Of a stretch of 64,000 bases of DNA, positions 54,015 to 64,000 are shown piece after piece; the stretch's first letter is position 1, and every line of letters starts with the position of its first letter. This DNA comes from an uncultured delta proteobacterium (GTDB lineage: Bacteria > Desulfobacterota > Binatia > UBA9968). A model generated the notes under the pieces. The model worked only from the letters and a program-made list of their open reading frames with translations. It did not search any database and had not been told where the DNA came from. The stretch covers positions 224,001 to 288,000 of the forward strand of contig CAWJZV010000034.1 of NCBI GenBank assembly GCA_963847445.1, given 5' to 3'. The translations under genes and the position numbers were made by a program.

Positions 54015-55724
54015 CTAAACAGCCGAAACCTGAGTCCGAACCGTGTCGCTCCGCCGACGCTGGCTCGAATTGGCGATCTGGCGCGACAGTAAAATCAGCG
54101 GCAATAGCGCGATGGCGACCATCAGCAGCGCCGGCAGGGCGGCTTCGGCAATGCGCTCGTCCTTTGCCAAGTTGTAGGCCTCGACCGCCAGTGTGTCGAA
54201 ATTAAACGGCCGCATGGCGAAGGTCGCCGGTAATTCTTTCATGACGTCGACGAATACGAGCAGCGCCGCGGTGGCGATGCTGCTGCGCATGATCGGCATG
54301 TGCACCCGCACCAGGGTGCGGCCGGGTGACAGGCCGAGGCTGCGCGCGGCATCGTCCATCGACGGTGTCACCCGTGTAAGCCCGGCTTCGGCCGTTTGAA
54401 ACGCCACGGCGAGAAATCTGACGAGATAGGCATAGATTAGCGCCGTGACCGAACCGGTTAAAATCAATCCGGTGCGCACGCCAAATTGTTGGTGAATCCA
54501 GGCGATCAATGCGTTGTCGAGCTTGCCCAGCGGGAGCAGAATGCCCACAGCGATTACCGCGCCCGGCAGGGCATAGCCGAGCACAGCCAGGCGATTCGCT
54601 GCTTGTACCAGCGGACTCTTCACTGTCCGTGCCGCATAAGCCAGCAGCATGGCGACGACGACGGCGGCAATCGCGGCGATGCCTGCTAAAATAAACGTAT
54701 TGGTAATCAGCCCGGTGATGCGAGCGCCAAATTGCACCTGCGGATCGGTCAGGGCCAGCTCCAGCAGAATCGCCGCCGGCACGACGAAACCGAAAGCAAT
54801 CGGTGTGGCGCATAGCGTGAATGCGCCCAGAGCCTTGGCGCCGCCAAGTAGTTGCGGGGTTATCGGTGTGCGGTTGCTGGTATAGCGCGCGCCGCCGCGG
54901 TGCATGCGCTCTAGTGCGAGCATCGCGAGCACGAATACGAGCAGGCAGGTAGCGAGCTGGCCGGCTGCGACCGAATCGCCAAGGGAGAGCCAGGCACGGT
55001 AGATGCCAGCGGTAAAAGTATTCACGGCAAAATACGAAACGGTGCCGAAATCAGCGAGTGTCTCCATCAGCGCCAAGGCGACGCCGGCGACAATTCCGGT
55101 GCGCGCCAGCGGCAATGACACTCGCCAAAATCTTCCCCACGCGCCATAGCCGGCCAGTTGGGCGGCCTCATAGCTGCTGCGTGACTGTTCGAGGAAGGCG
55201 CTGCGTGTCAGCAGGTAAACATAGGGATAGAGCGCGAGCGATAGCATGGTCGCGGCGCCTGGCAATGAGCGGATTTCCGGAAACCAGTACTCACGCACCC
55301 GCCAACCGGTGAATTCGCGCAGCATGCTTTGCACCGGTCCCGAGGTCTGGAGCCAATCGGTGTAAGCATAGGCCATGACATATGCGGGGATCGCCATTGG
55401 CAACACCAGCGCCCATTCCAGGACGCGTCGGCCAGGGAATTCATAGGCGGTCACCAACCACGCGGAGAGCACGCCGCAGCAAACAACTCCCGCAGCGACC
55501 AGCACCAGCAGCAGGAAAGTGTTGGCGATGTACTCGGGCAGGACGGTCGATATCAGGTGCGCCCAGGTAGCCTCGCTGGGCAAGAAAATGTTCCAGACGA
55601 CTGCAGCAATCGGCGCCACCACCAGGGCGGCGGTTATCAATGACACGACGCCGAGAGCACCGATCCGCGGGACGGTGATGCCGCCGATGGTTTTCGAGCG
55701 CAAAGCAGCGGCAATCGTTGTCAT
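54015..55724 (-). CDS. Fe3+ ABC transporter permease (FbpB/FutB)
   Basis: Two permease repeats, METLADFG, KELPAT..RPFNFDTLA. Confidence 0.92.
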   Translation of the reverse strand: MTTIAAALRSKTIGGITVPRIGALGVVSLITAALVVAPIAAVVWNIFLPSEATWAHLISTVLPEYIANTFLLLVLVAAGVVCCGVLSAWLVTAYEFPGRRVLEWALVLPMAIPAYVMAYAYTDWLQTSGPVQSMLREFTGWRVREYWFPEIRSLPGAATMLSLALYPYVYLLTRSAFLEQSRSSYEAAQLAGYGAWGRFWRVSLPLARTGIVAGVALALMETLADFGTVSYFAVNTFTAGIYRAWLSLGDSVAAGQLATCLLVFVLAMLALERMHRGGARYTSNRTPITPQLLGGAKALGAFTLCATPIAFGFVVPAAILLELALTDPQVQFGARITGLITNTFILAGIAAIAAVVVAMLLAYAARTVKSPLVQAANRLAVLGYALPGAVIAVGILLPLGKLDNALIAWIHQQFGVRTGLILTGSVTALIYAYLVRFLAVAFQTAEAGLTRVTPSMDDAARSLGLSPGRTLVRVHMPIMRSSIATAALLVFVDVMKELPATFAMRPFNFDTLAVEAYNLAKDERIAEAALPALLMVAIALLPLILLSRQIANSSQRRRSDTVRTQVSAV

Positions 55725-55757
55725 GGTGTCTCTCAGTCAAGTGCTAAGATTAAGGCT

Positions 55758-56774
55758 TCATTTCCAGCCGACCTGGTCGGCCAGTCGCTGGGCCGCCGCC
55801 TGGGTCTTGCCCAAATTTGCCAATGGCAACGCATCGGTCCTAAACCGGCCGAAAGTCTCGAGCTGGGGATTCGCCAGCTTCACGCTCTTGACGGTGGGCC
55901 ATTCGTTGTTGCCATTGGCAAAATAAGCTTGTGCCGTGTCGCTGGCGAGATACTCGAGAAACTTCACCGCAGCGTCGCGATTGGGAGCGTTCTTCAGTAT
56001 GCCGCCGCCGGAAATGTTGACATGAGCGCCGCGATCGTTCTGATTGGGCCAAACGATGTGGACTTTTTCCACCAGCGCGCGATCTTCCGGCTTGGTCGAA
56101 CGCATAAGCCGGACATAGTAATAATGGTTTGACAGCGCGATCGAACATTCACCGACGCCCACGGCGGTCAATTGGTCGGTGTCGCCGCCTCTTGGCGGGC
56201 GCGCCAAGTTCGTGGCAACGCCGCGCGCCCAGTCGCGCGCCTTATCCTCGCCCAAGTGGAGGATCATGCTGGATATTAAAGAAAGGTTATACGGGTGGCT
56301 GCTCGGGCGTGTGCAGATTTCGCTTTTCCACTTGGGATCGGCCAACTGCTCATAGCGCGCGACATCGCCGGGACTGACCTTGCGCCGATCATAGGCGATA
56401 ACCCGAACCCGCGATGAGAAGCCGAACCAGTTGCCATTGGGATCGCGAAAGTGAGCGGGGATGCGCTTAGCCAGCAGTTCCGACTTGAGCGGCGCGAAGA
56501 TGCCCGCCTGCTCCGCGCGCCACAGCCGGGCGACATCGACGGTCAAGAAGACATCCGCCGGACTGGCGGCGCCTTCGGCCTTGATGCGCTCAAAAAGCGC
56601 GTCTTCGCCGCCTTCGATGCGATTAAGCTTGATGCCGGTGAGTTTGCTAAAGCCGCTGTAGAAAGCTTCATCGGTCGCATAGTGACGGGCGGTATAGAGG
56701 TTCATGACCTTTTCTTGTGCCGTCACGGTGTCACTAACAATCGCGCTTAACCCGAGTCCCAATAACCAAGGCAA
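55758..56774 (-). CDS. Fe3+ ABC transporter substrate-binding protein (FutA/FbpA)
   Basis: LYTARHY, SPAD, GGDTDQL, NHYYY, HVNISG. Confidence 0.92.
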   Translation of the reverse strand: MPWLLGLGLSAIVSDTVTAQEKVMNLYTARHYATDEAFYSGFSKLTGIKLNRIEGGEDALFERIKAEGAASPADVFLTVDVARLWRAEQAGIFAPLKSELLAKRIPAHFRDPNGNWFGFSSRVRVIAYDRRKVSPGDVARYEQLADPKWKSEICTRPSSHPYNLSLISSMILHLGEDKARDWARGVATNLARPPRGGDTDQLTAVGVGECSIALSNHYYYVRLMRSTKPEDRALVEKVHIVWPNQNDRGAHVNISGGGILKNAPNRDAAVKFLEYLASDTAQAYFANGNNEWPTVKSVKLANPQLETFGRFRTDALPLANLGKTQAAAQRLADQVGWK

Positions 56775-56900
56775 AAACCGACAAGCACCATTGTGAATAT
56801 CTATGCTTCATCTCATGTCTCCCCGATAAAATTTACTTCGTGTTGACTGTTTAAATATCCTGTAGGTTTAACTTCTAAAAGTTGTACCCCAGAAACTTAA

Positions 56901-56935
56901 ATTGTTCGTATAGTCGAATAATATTAGTTTGTCAA
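56901..56935 (-). promoter_or_regulatory. Putative futA promoter with a palindrome over the -10
   Basis: TTGACA-17bp-TATACG; ATTGTTCG-N6-CGAATAAT at 56901-56922. Confidence 0.65.
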
Positions 56936-57121
56936 ACCGCAACCTTGTCCAAAAGGCACTGCTGGGCGGTACGTATTCTGGCGTTTCAAACTGCCAACAA
57001 ACGGCAAAATATCCGGGCGGTATTGATGCGAACCTCGGCGTGGCAATTGGCCACATGGTAATGGCCAACACCAACTAAGCGGAGGGGTTTCGATCGTCCC
57101 GTCGTTCTGGAAAAGGGGGAA

Positions 57122-58174
57122 CTACTCGATGGGTTCACTGCCGGCATCGGCAAAGACCACGGCGGTGGGGATATGAACATCGATTGGCACTCGGTGTCCG
57201 ACCGGCCAATGGACGGGTTTGCGTTGCTCCAAGTGGACCGCGTCACCCGAGGGCAGACGCAGCCGGTAGAGGATTTCGCCGCCAAGAAACTCGCGCTCTT
57301 CGACGGTGGCGAGAATGCCGTCGGCTGTGGTGTTGACGGCCTCGTGGCGGATCATCACTTTGACCGGTCCGGGAGGCACCTCCGACGAACAGGAGAAATT
57401 GCCAAATTCGGTCTTAACCTGGGCTCCGGTTACGATACCCGTGATAAAGTCGGCATGACCGACGAATCCGGCAACGAATATAGTCGAAGGATTATAATAG
57501 ACGTCTTCCGGTGTGCCGACTTGCTGCAGTTCGCCATGACGAACGACAGCGACTTGGTCAGCCATTCCGAGAGCTTCTTCCTGGTCGTGGGTGACGAGTA
57601 CCGCGGCGGTTTTCATCTGGCGCAATATGCCAGCGACCTCTTTGCGCATTTGCGGCCTGAGTTCAGGGTCGAGGCCATTGAAGGCTTCGTCAAGCAAGAC
57701 AACCGGCGGGCGCGGTGCTAGCGCGCGCGCCAAAGCAACCCGCTGTTGCTGACCACCCGATAATTCATGGGGATATCGTTGCGCGTACGGCAGCAACTCG
57801 GTTGCCCGCAACAACTCTTGAATGCGCTCTTGGCGCTCTTGGTTGGCAATGCGGCGCAGGCCAAACTGGATATTCTCGGTCACCGTCAAATGGGGAAACA
57901 GGGCGTAGTCCTGAAAAACCATCCCGACGCCGCGCGCTTCGGCGGGGAGCCATATCGAACCGGCGACGTCGACGACCGTGCGCTCGCCGATAAGAATCCG
58001 CCCTTCATCGGGTCGCTCGAATCCGGCAATCAGCCGGAGCAAGGTGGTTTTCCCCGATCCCGACGGTCCGAGCAGTGCGAGAATCTCACCTGAATGGACT
58101 TGGAGGTCGCAGCGCTTTACAGCCGGGGTGTGGTTGTATCGCTTGCTGATTTTTTCGACTTTTATGACAACCAT
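57122..58174 (-). CDS. Fe3+ ABC transporter ATPase (FbpC)
   Basis: GPSGSGKTT, FQDYALFPH, LSGGQQQR, TOBE-like tail. Confidence 0.9.
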   Translation of the reverse strand: MVVIKVEKISKRYNHTPAVKRCDLQVHSGEILALLGPSGSGKTTLLRLIAGFERPDEGRILIGERTVVDVAGSIWLPAEARGVGMVFQDYALFPHLTVTENIQFGLRRIANQERQERIQELLRATELLPYAQRYPHELSGGQQQRVALARALAPRPPVVLLDEAFNGLDPELRPQMRKEVAGILRQMKTAAVLVTHDQEEALGMADQVAVVRHGELQQVGTPEDVYYNPSTIFVAGFVGHADFITGIVTGAQVKTEFGNFSCSSEVPPGPVKVMIRHEAVNTTADGILATVEEREFLGGEILYRLRLPSGDAVHLEQRKPVHWPVGHRVPIDVHIPTAVVFADAGSEPIE

Positions 58175-58436
58175 CGGTGCTTTGCCAGGAATCAATACCT
58201 GAAACCGCTGGAGAGGTCCAGGACAGCCTGGGGAATTTCCAATTCTGAGTTCCGCAGTGCATTTCCGGACGCTGTTACAGCGCATCGTTTCGGCTGTTCT
58301 CGTGTAACCAACTTGCACTTGAACGATTCCTCCAATAGCATGCGCTACATCTTTGCGGAAACCTGCGCGCATCGTGGCCGTGCGATTCGATCGGTCTGGA
58401 GCGAGGCGAGAAAAGCGATCGGTAGTCAATTGATAT

Positions 58437-59102
58437 ATGGAAGCACATAAAGTAACCCACGCCTTGGAGGACTATCTGAAGGCGATTTACCAGCTAGCCG
58501 AGGAGGCTCAACCGGTGATCGCCGCGCGCATCGCCGCCGAGACCGGGGTGACGCCGTCGACCATGTTCGCGACGTTGCGTCGTCTGGCTAGTGAAGGTTA
58601 CGTTACGATCAATCGCCGCAAGGAGATTCATCTGACCGAAGATGGACGAAAAGTCGCTGAGCGGATCGTTCGCCGCCACTTTCTGACCGAGCGTTTTCTA
58701 ACCGACTTGTTGGGATTGGACTGGGTCAAAGCGCATCAGGAGGCTCATCGGTTAGAGCACGCGATCTCTCAGGAAGTCGAAGAGCGCCTGGCTAAGCTGT
58801 TGAGCAACCCGACCACCTGTCCGCATGGCAACCCGATTCCCGGAACCGGCTCCGGTAGACTGCCCAAGACCGTGCCGCTCAGCGAAGCCGTGGACGGCCA
58901 GCAAGTGGATCTCGACTATATTACTGAAGGCGGCGAACGGGATGTTCGCCTGTTGGGGTTTTTAGAGGATCACGGACTGGTGCCGGGCGCCAAAGTGCAT
59001 ATTATCGACGTCGCGCCGTCCCTCGGCATGATGACACTGAAAGTCGGCGACGATCAGTTTTCTCTTGGCATCGAGGCGGCGAAGAAGATCCGCGTTCACT
59101 AA
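58437..59102 (+). CDS. DtxR/IdeR/MntR family metal-dependent repressor with FeoA domain
   Basis: EDYLKAIY, RRHFLTERFL, EAHRLEH, CPHGNPIP. Confidence 0.93.
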   Translation: MEAHKVTHALEDYLKAIYQLAEEAQPVIAARIAAETGVTPSTMFATLRRLASEGYVTINRRKEIHLTEDGRKVAERIVRRHFLTERFLTDLLGLDWVKAHQEAHRLEHAISQEVEERLAKLLSNPTTCPHGNPIPGTGSGRLPKTVPLSEAVDGQQVDLDYITEGGERDVRLLGFLEDHGLVPGAKVHIIDVAPSLGMMTLKVGDDQFSLGIEAAKKIRVH

Positions 59103-59120
59103 ATTTCGCCGCAGGGAGTG

Positions 59121-59405
59121 TCAATTCGAACTTGCTTGCTCAGGACCCTGAGTGGATGCCGATTCCGGCTCTGTCTCGGCTCGAAGGCCGGCCAATTCGT
59201 TGGCGAGAAACTCGATCTGATCGCCGAGCGCAATATCCCGGTCGATGACGATCAACTCCTGTCCCTTGACCCGGCAGCGCCCGCTATGGGCGCGGTAGCC
59301 GACCTCGCGCAAAAGCTTCTCCATGCGCACATGAATATTCAGCCGTTTGGCGCTGACGATGAGATCCTGGAGGCGGGCTTCCTGACGATTCTTCGGTCGC
59401 TGCAT
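59121..59405 (-). CDS. Hypothetical protein
   Basis: 94-aa ORF with VRMEKL..SGRCRVKG..IVID. Confidence 0.55.
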   Translation of the reverse strand: MQRPKNRQEARLQDLIVSAKRLNIHVRMEKLLREVGYRAHSGRCRVKGQELIVIDRDIALGDQIEFLANELAGLRAETEPESASTQGPEQASSN

Positions 59406-59594
59406 TTATCCAACTTTCCGAACGTAGGCCCGAGTATCTCTTAAAGGGCGGCTTTTGTAAACCGCTATGGCAGATTCCGTTTGAAAATGGCCCCGGCCTT
59501 GTTATCGTGCTTCCAGCCAAGCGATACATCGCCGAGCGCGCCGGCGATACCGACTGGTTGCGATTGACGCAGCGCAAATGTAGCGGAGGGCAGC

Positions 59595-60431
59595 ATGATC
59601 AAAAACATTTTGATTCCTCTCGACGGCTCCGAGCATTCCAAGGCGGCGCTCGATTACGCGGTGTGGCTGGCGCGCGGCTTTGACGGCATGCTAATGGGCC
59701 AGCATGTGATCGACACGGTTTCCCTCGAAGGAACCTTTTTCCACGATGTCTCCGGTTCCCTCGGTTTTGAACCTTATCTCGATTTGTCGACCAAGATGCG
59801 CGAGATCTTCGATGATCGCGGCAAGCTCGTCCTGGAAAATTTTCGCGAGATCTGCGCGGCGAAGAACATCCGCGCGCGCACCTTTCTCGACACCGGACTG
59901 ATCGCCAACGAGATCTGCGAGCGGGCTAAGGTCGCTGATCTGGTGGTGATCGGCCATCGCGGCGTCAACGAAGGTTTCACCGCCGGCATGCTCGGCTCCA
60001 CCGCCGAAACGATCATTCGCAAATGCCCGCGGCCGATCTTTGTTTCGACAGAGCGCTTCAACACCATCGCCAACCCGCTGTTGGCCTATGACGGCAGCCA
60101 GCGGGCGAGCTCGGCGATGGAATCGGCGGCGGAGTTTTGCACGGTGCTCAAACTGCCGCTTACCGTGCTGACCATCGCCCGCGAGGAGGCGGCAGCGCAG
60201 GCGATCTTGCAACAGGCCAAGGCTTATCTCGGTTCCTATGCCATCGACGTCAAGTACGAGATCGCGCGCGGCTATCCCGAACAAAAAATCATCGAGTATC
60301 TGGTCAATCTCAAATACGACCTGCTGTTCATCGGCGCCCACGGCCACCGGCGGATCATTAAGATGGTGCTCGGCAGCACGACTGAGTATGTCCTGCGCAA
60401 TGCGCCTTGTCCGGTTTTTCTAAATCGATAA
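59595..60431 (+). CDS. Tandem-domain universal stress protein
   Basis: ILIPLDGS, LLAYDGS, LGSTAE / LGSTTE. Confidence 0.92.
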   Translation: MIKNILIPLDGSEHSKAALDYAVWLARGFDGMLMGQHVIDTVSLEGTFFHDVSGSLGFEPYLDLSTKMREIFDDRGKLVLENFREICAAKNIRARTFLDTGLIANEICERAKVADLVVIGHRGVNEGFTAGMLGSTAETIIRKCPRPIFVSTERFNTIANPLLAYDGSQRASSAMESAAEFCTVLKLPLTVLTIAREEAAAQAILQQAKAYLGSYAIDVKYEIARGYPEQKIIEYLVNLKYDLLFIGAHGHRRIIKMVLGSTTEYVLRNAPCPVFLNR

Positions 60432-60478
60432 CAGCCATTCAAAGGTTCACGGGTTCAACGTTTCAAGGGCTCGGAATT

Positions 60479-61285
60479 ATGAAGTTTATTGCTGCTGCGG
60501 TGCAGATGTTGGCCACCGACGACAAGGCGGTCAATTTGGCCGAAGCTGAACATTGGCTGCGCGACGCCGCGCGCCAAGGCGCGCGGCTGGTGGTCCTGCC
60601 GGAAGTTTTTATCTGGCGCGGCAACAAGAAATTAGAAAGCGCCTGCGCCGAACCGATACCCGGACCGACTTCCAACCGGCTTGCCGGGCTGGCGCGTGAG
60701 TTAAATATTTTCCTACTCGGCGGTTCGATCCTCGAAGAGATTCCCGGGAGCCAGAAAGCTTACAACACGAGCCTGCTCTTCGATCCTGCGGGAAATCTAC
60801 TCGCGAGCTATCGCAAGATTCATCTCTTCGATGTCGACTTGGCCAATGGCGTGTCGCTGCGCGAGTCGGAGAGCCGCGCCCATGGCTGCGATATTGTGGT
60901 TGCACCGACGGCGCTTGGCACCATGGGATTGTCGGTTTGCTACGATCTGCGCTTTCCCGAGCTTTACCGTCGATTAGCCGACCAGGGCGCCCACGTCATC
61001 TTTGTTCCCTCGGCATTTACCGCTTTCACCGGTCAAGCGCACTGGGAGACTCTCTTACGCGCCCGCGCCATCGAGAACCAAGCGTACGTAATCGCCGCCG
61101 ATCAATTCGGCAAAAGCGCCAAAAGCTTCGAATGTCACGGCCACTCAATGATCGTCGATCCTTGGGGAACGATTCTCGCTGAGTTGCCGGACGGGCCAGG
61201 TGTAATCACAGCGGAAATCGATCTCGACCACCTTGCCAAAGCGCGCGCCGAGCTACCGGCGCTGCGACATCGCAAGTTATTCTGA
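60479..61285 (+). CDS. Carbon-nitrogen hydrolase (Nit1 / deaminated-glutathione amidase-like)
   Basis: LPE, YRKIHLFDV, CYDLRFPE, RARAIENQ. Confidence 0.92.
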   Translation: MKFIAAAVQMLATDDKAVNLAEAEHWLRDAARQGARLVVLPEVFIWRGNKKLESACAEPIPGPTSNRLAGLARELNIFLLGGSILEEIPGSQKAYNTSLLFDPAGNLLASYRKIHLFDVDLANGVSLRESESRAHGCDIVVAPTALGTMGLSVCYDLRFPELYRRLADQGAHVIFVPSAFTAFTGQAHWETLLRARAIENQAYVIAADQFGKSAKSFECHGHSMIVDPWGTILAELPDGPGVITAEIDLDHLAKARAELPALRHRKLF

Positions 61286-61424
61286 GTTGCACGCTTAAAA
61301 ATTGATCACGGTACTGCTCAAGAAACCATCATAAGCCTTGGTTTGGTTGCTTCTCGCCGCTAATAGCTCGAAGAATCCCCGCGATTCCGATGAGTTAATG
61401 TAAGAATAAAGTTATAAACCGAAT

Positions 61425-61440
61425 TGGCACGGAGAGTGCA
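61425..61440 (+). promoter_or_regulatory. Putative sigma54 promoter of glutaminase
   Basis: TGGCAC-GGAGA-GTGCA preceded by an AT-rich tract. Confidence 0.6.
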
Positions 61441-61536
61441 CACTAACCTAAGATGGTGGAATCGTTAACGCTTCAACTCTTTGGTTTGATGGATTCAATT
61501 ACCGTCACCGGCTAACCGTATTACTACGTACCGCAG

Positions 61537-63408
61537 ATGCAACCGGCTTCAGCGACTAAGTTCAGCGTCAACGGCGCCAATTCGTCGCCGCTGATCGCTT
61601 CACTCGAAGAAATTCATGCGAAATACGCCGACAATTTTAGCGGTAAAGTAGCGACCTATATCCCCGAATTGGCCAAAGCTAACCCAAAGCTGTTTGGCAT
61701 CGCGCTGGTTACCGCCGACGGGCAAATCTATCAAGTCGGTGATGCCTGCCATGCGTTCACGATTCAATCGATCTCGAAACCCTTTGTCTATGGCTTGGCG
61801 TTGGAAGATCACGGTGCGGATTACGTTTTGACCAAGGTTGGCGTTGAGCCGACGGGCGAAGCCTTCAATTCCATCGTGTTCGATGAGCGCAATAACCGCC
61901 CGTTCAATCCGATGGTCAATGCCGGAGCCATCGCCACCACCGCTTTGATCAAAGGCGAGAGCGCCGAGCGGCGGCTGGAGCGCGTGCTTAAAAAATTTAC
62001 CGACTTGGCCGATCGTTGCTTAGCGATCGACCATGACGTCTATCTTTCGGAATTCAAGACCGGCCATCGCAACCGCTCCATCGGCTATCTTGAGCTCAGT
62101 GCCGGCATGATCGATGGGCAAGTTGACGAGCATCTCGATTTGTACTTTAAACAGTGCTCGATTTTGGCGAGCGCGCGGGATCTCGCCGTGATGGCAGCGA
62201 CACTGGCCAACGACGGCGTCAATCCGTTGAGCGGCAAACGGGCGCTGCAAGCGGCCTATGTCAAGAACGTTTTGAGCGTGATGCATAGCTGTGGCATGTA
62301 CGATTATACCGGCGAATGGACCTACCGCATCGGTCTGCCGGCTAAGAGCGGTGTGAGCGGTGGCGTCATCGCGGTTCTTCCCGGCCAGTTTGGCATTGGC
62401 ATATTCTCGCCATTACTCGACGATCAAGGCAACAGTTGCCGTGGCATTCAGGTTTGCGAAGAGCTTTCAGCGCGTTTCAAGCTGCACATGTTCGGCGCCC
62501 GCACGACTACCGGGGTTTGCCTGCGCCGGAGTTATCGGGCCGCCACCGTGCGCTCGATCCGCCAAAGGGGCAGTGTCGAGCAGGCGATCCTCGATCGCAA
62601 GGGTCAGGGGATTTGTGTCTATGAACTCCAGGGAAGTCTTTTCTTTGGTGCCTTAGAACAGGTGTTTCGCAAGGTCTCCGCGGAATTGGCAACCCTTGAG
62701 TACCTCATCCTCGACGTTAAGCGAGTGATGGGAATCGATGAATGCGCCTTGACGTTGGTGGTCCAGTTGAATGTCTGGCTGGCGACTCAAGGCAAGAAGC
62801 TCATCTTCGCACATCTCGCGCCGCGCTTCGCCGATACGCTCAAGCGAAGTCCTGATTATGTCTGGACCGATAGAAGCTTTTTCGCCGATACCGACACCGC
62901 TCTGGAATGGTGCGAAAATCGTTTGCTCGCGCAAGAGCAGCCCCGGCCTGTGGCGGAAATTCTTCGCCTGCCGCTCAGCGCGATGAATATTCTTGCCGGT
63001 TTCGCCGCTCAAGAAACCGCTTTGCTCGAAACCATCGTCGAGGAGGTGAACTACGCCCAGGGCGAAACCATCATTCGCGAAAACGATCGTGCTGACGACC
63101 TTTTTCTCCTCGCTGCCGGCACGGTTAGCGTCTACCTTCGACTCACCGATGGCAATCGGCGACGGCGGGTGAGCACGATCACGCCGGGTCTGGCTTTCGG
63201 AGAGCTTGCCTTATTAGACGGTGGCGAGCGCTCCGCCGACGTGATCGCCGACGAGCCGGCGCTGTGTTACGTGCTGCCGATCACCAAGCTCAGGGCGCTC
63301 GCGAGCAAGCATCCGGCGATTGAGACCAAACTTTTTTTCAATATTTGCCGCGAGCTCTCGGTTCGTCTACGGCGCGCGGATGCGGAAATCCGCTCTCTGG
63401 CGGAATAG
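61537..63408 (+). CDS. glsA: Glutaminase A with STAS and cyclic-nucleotide-binding domains
   Basis: YIPELA, QSISKPF, NPMVNAGAI, PAKSGVSGG; LQGSLFFG (STAS); FGELAL..RSA (cNMP). Confidence 0.92.
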   Translation: MQPASATKFSVNGANSSPLIASLEEIHAKYADNFSGKVATYIPELAKANPKLFGIALVTADGQIYQVGDACHAFTIQSISKPFVYGLALEDHGADYVLTKVGVEPTGEAFNSIVFDERNNRPFNPMVNAGAIATTALIKGESAERRLERVLKKFTDLADRCLAIDHDVYLSEFKTGHRNRSIGYLELSAGMIDGQVDEHLDLYFKQCSILASARDLAVMAATLANDGVNPLSGKRALQAAYVKNVLSVMHSCGMYDYTGEWTYRIGLPAKSGVSGGVIAVLPGQFGIGIFSPLLDDQGNSCRGIQVCEELSARFKLHMFGARTTTGVCLRRSYRAATVRSIRQRGSVEQAILDRKGQGICVYELQGSLFFGALEQVFRKVSAELATLEYLILDVKRVMGIDECALTLVVQLNVWLATQGKKLIFAHLAPRFADTLKRSPDYVWTDRSFFADTDTALEWCENRLLAQEQPRPVAEILRLPLSAMNILAGFAAQETALLETIVEEVNYAQGETIIRENDRADDLFLLAAGTVSVYLRLTDGNRRRRVSTITPGLAFGELALLDGGERSADVIADEPALCYVLPITKLRALASKHPAIETKLFFNICRELSVRLRRADAEIRSLAE

Positions 63409-63468
63409 TACGAGTTCGCCAGGGCAGGATATTGCCGCGCGCACCGATGGCGAGACGCTACTGAAGGC

Positions 63469-63531
63469 GATCTGGATTACCTGGCTAAAGTGCGCACCGA
63501 GCTGCCGGCGCTACGGCACCGGCGCTTGTAG
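63469..63531 (+). pseudogene. Diverged duplicate of the Nit1 gene 3' end
   Basis: DLDYLAKVRTELPALRHRRL* versus DLDHLAKARAELPALRHRKLF* at 61220-61285. Confidence 0.8.
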
Positions 63532-63561
63532 GGCGCGAATCATCGACGCCTTCATGCGCGG

Positions 63562-64000
63562 TTATCTGAGAGGAACCTTGCCCCACCTCGAATGAAGCCA
63601 GACCCACTGTTCAGGCACCGTCCGAATGGCGCATTCCAGGCGGTCGTTGAACAGGGCGGTCAATGCCGGGATATCGATTTTTGAATCGCCGGTCGGCGTA
63701 TAGTAGACGCGGTTGAAACTCAGTTTGTGCAGTTTCTGGCGGCGATGATGCCAGCAGAAAATCACCGGGGCTCCCGTGCGCAGCGCGATCGCTGCCGGGG
63801 TCGTCGGCGTGAAAGCCGGTCGTCCGAAGAACGGCAAATAATCTCCTGCGGTTCTGGTGTTCTGGTCGATCAAGAAGGCCATCAAACCGTTGCGTCGCAA
63901 AACGCTCAAGATGCTTTTACCCGCGTTCGTCTCGTCGCGCCAGACGATACGCAAGCCATGCGCGGTTCGCCACTTTTGCAGCCAGCGTGTTACGCGGGGA
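63562..64000 (-). CDS. Lipid A (LpxL-like) acyltransferase, 3' part
   Basis: FLIDQ, FFGRPA, PEQWVWLHSRW. Confidence 0.85.
   Translation of the reverse strand, partial: PRVTRWLQKWRTAHGLRIVWRDETNAGKSILSVLRRNGLMAFLIDQNTRTAGDYLPFFGRPAFTPTTPAAIALRTGAPVIFCWHHRRQKLHKLSFNRVYYTPTGDSKIDIPALTALFNDRLECAIRTVPEQWVWLHSRWGKVPLR

Overview
Bacterial chromosomal window, GC-rich, with gene content resembling a deltaproteobacterium-like lineage (possibly Ca. Binatia; inference only). Many genes, including housekeeping ones, are split by single-base frameshifts, most likely uncorrected long-read errors. In order: pepF-like peptidase, OCD, tsaC, purD, purH, alr and a stand-alone tRNA-binding domain (1-8.1 kb); rubrerythrin/DUF3501/Fur oxidative-stress unit, dksA, galU and tRNA-Ala(CGC) (9.8-13.7 kb); a surface-glycan locus (GT-C, GT2/GT4, wzm/wzt, methyl- and sulfotransferase-like genes) next to pilD and minor pilins (16-34 kb); tmk-holB-metG-tatD (34.6-38.6 kb); and a roughly 20 kb metal/iron region with ZIP, DPS-like ferritin, exbBD-tonB-hemP-TonB receptor-piuC-PepSY-flavodoxin, FTR1-cytochrome c, an Fe3+ ABC transporter and a DtxR-family regulator (39-59 kb); then USP, Nit1, glutaminase-STAS-cNMP and an acyltransferase. 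The most notable signal is a ~60-nt structured leader element present twice, 8.7 kb apart: four heptad repeats running into a covarying hairpin. One copy precedes the iron-storage gene. The other is a terminator ahead of the TonB iron-uptake operon and lies just downstream of a Mu Com-like zinc-ribbon gene. This suggests a protein-RNA iron-regulatory circuit that I do not recognise as described.
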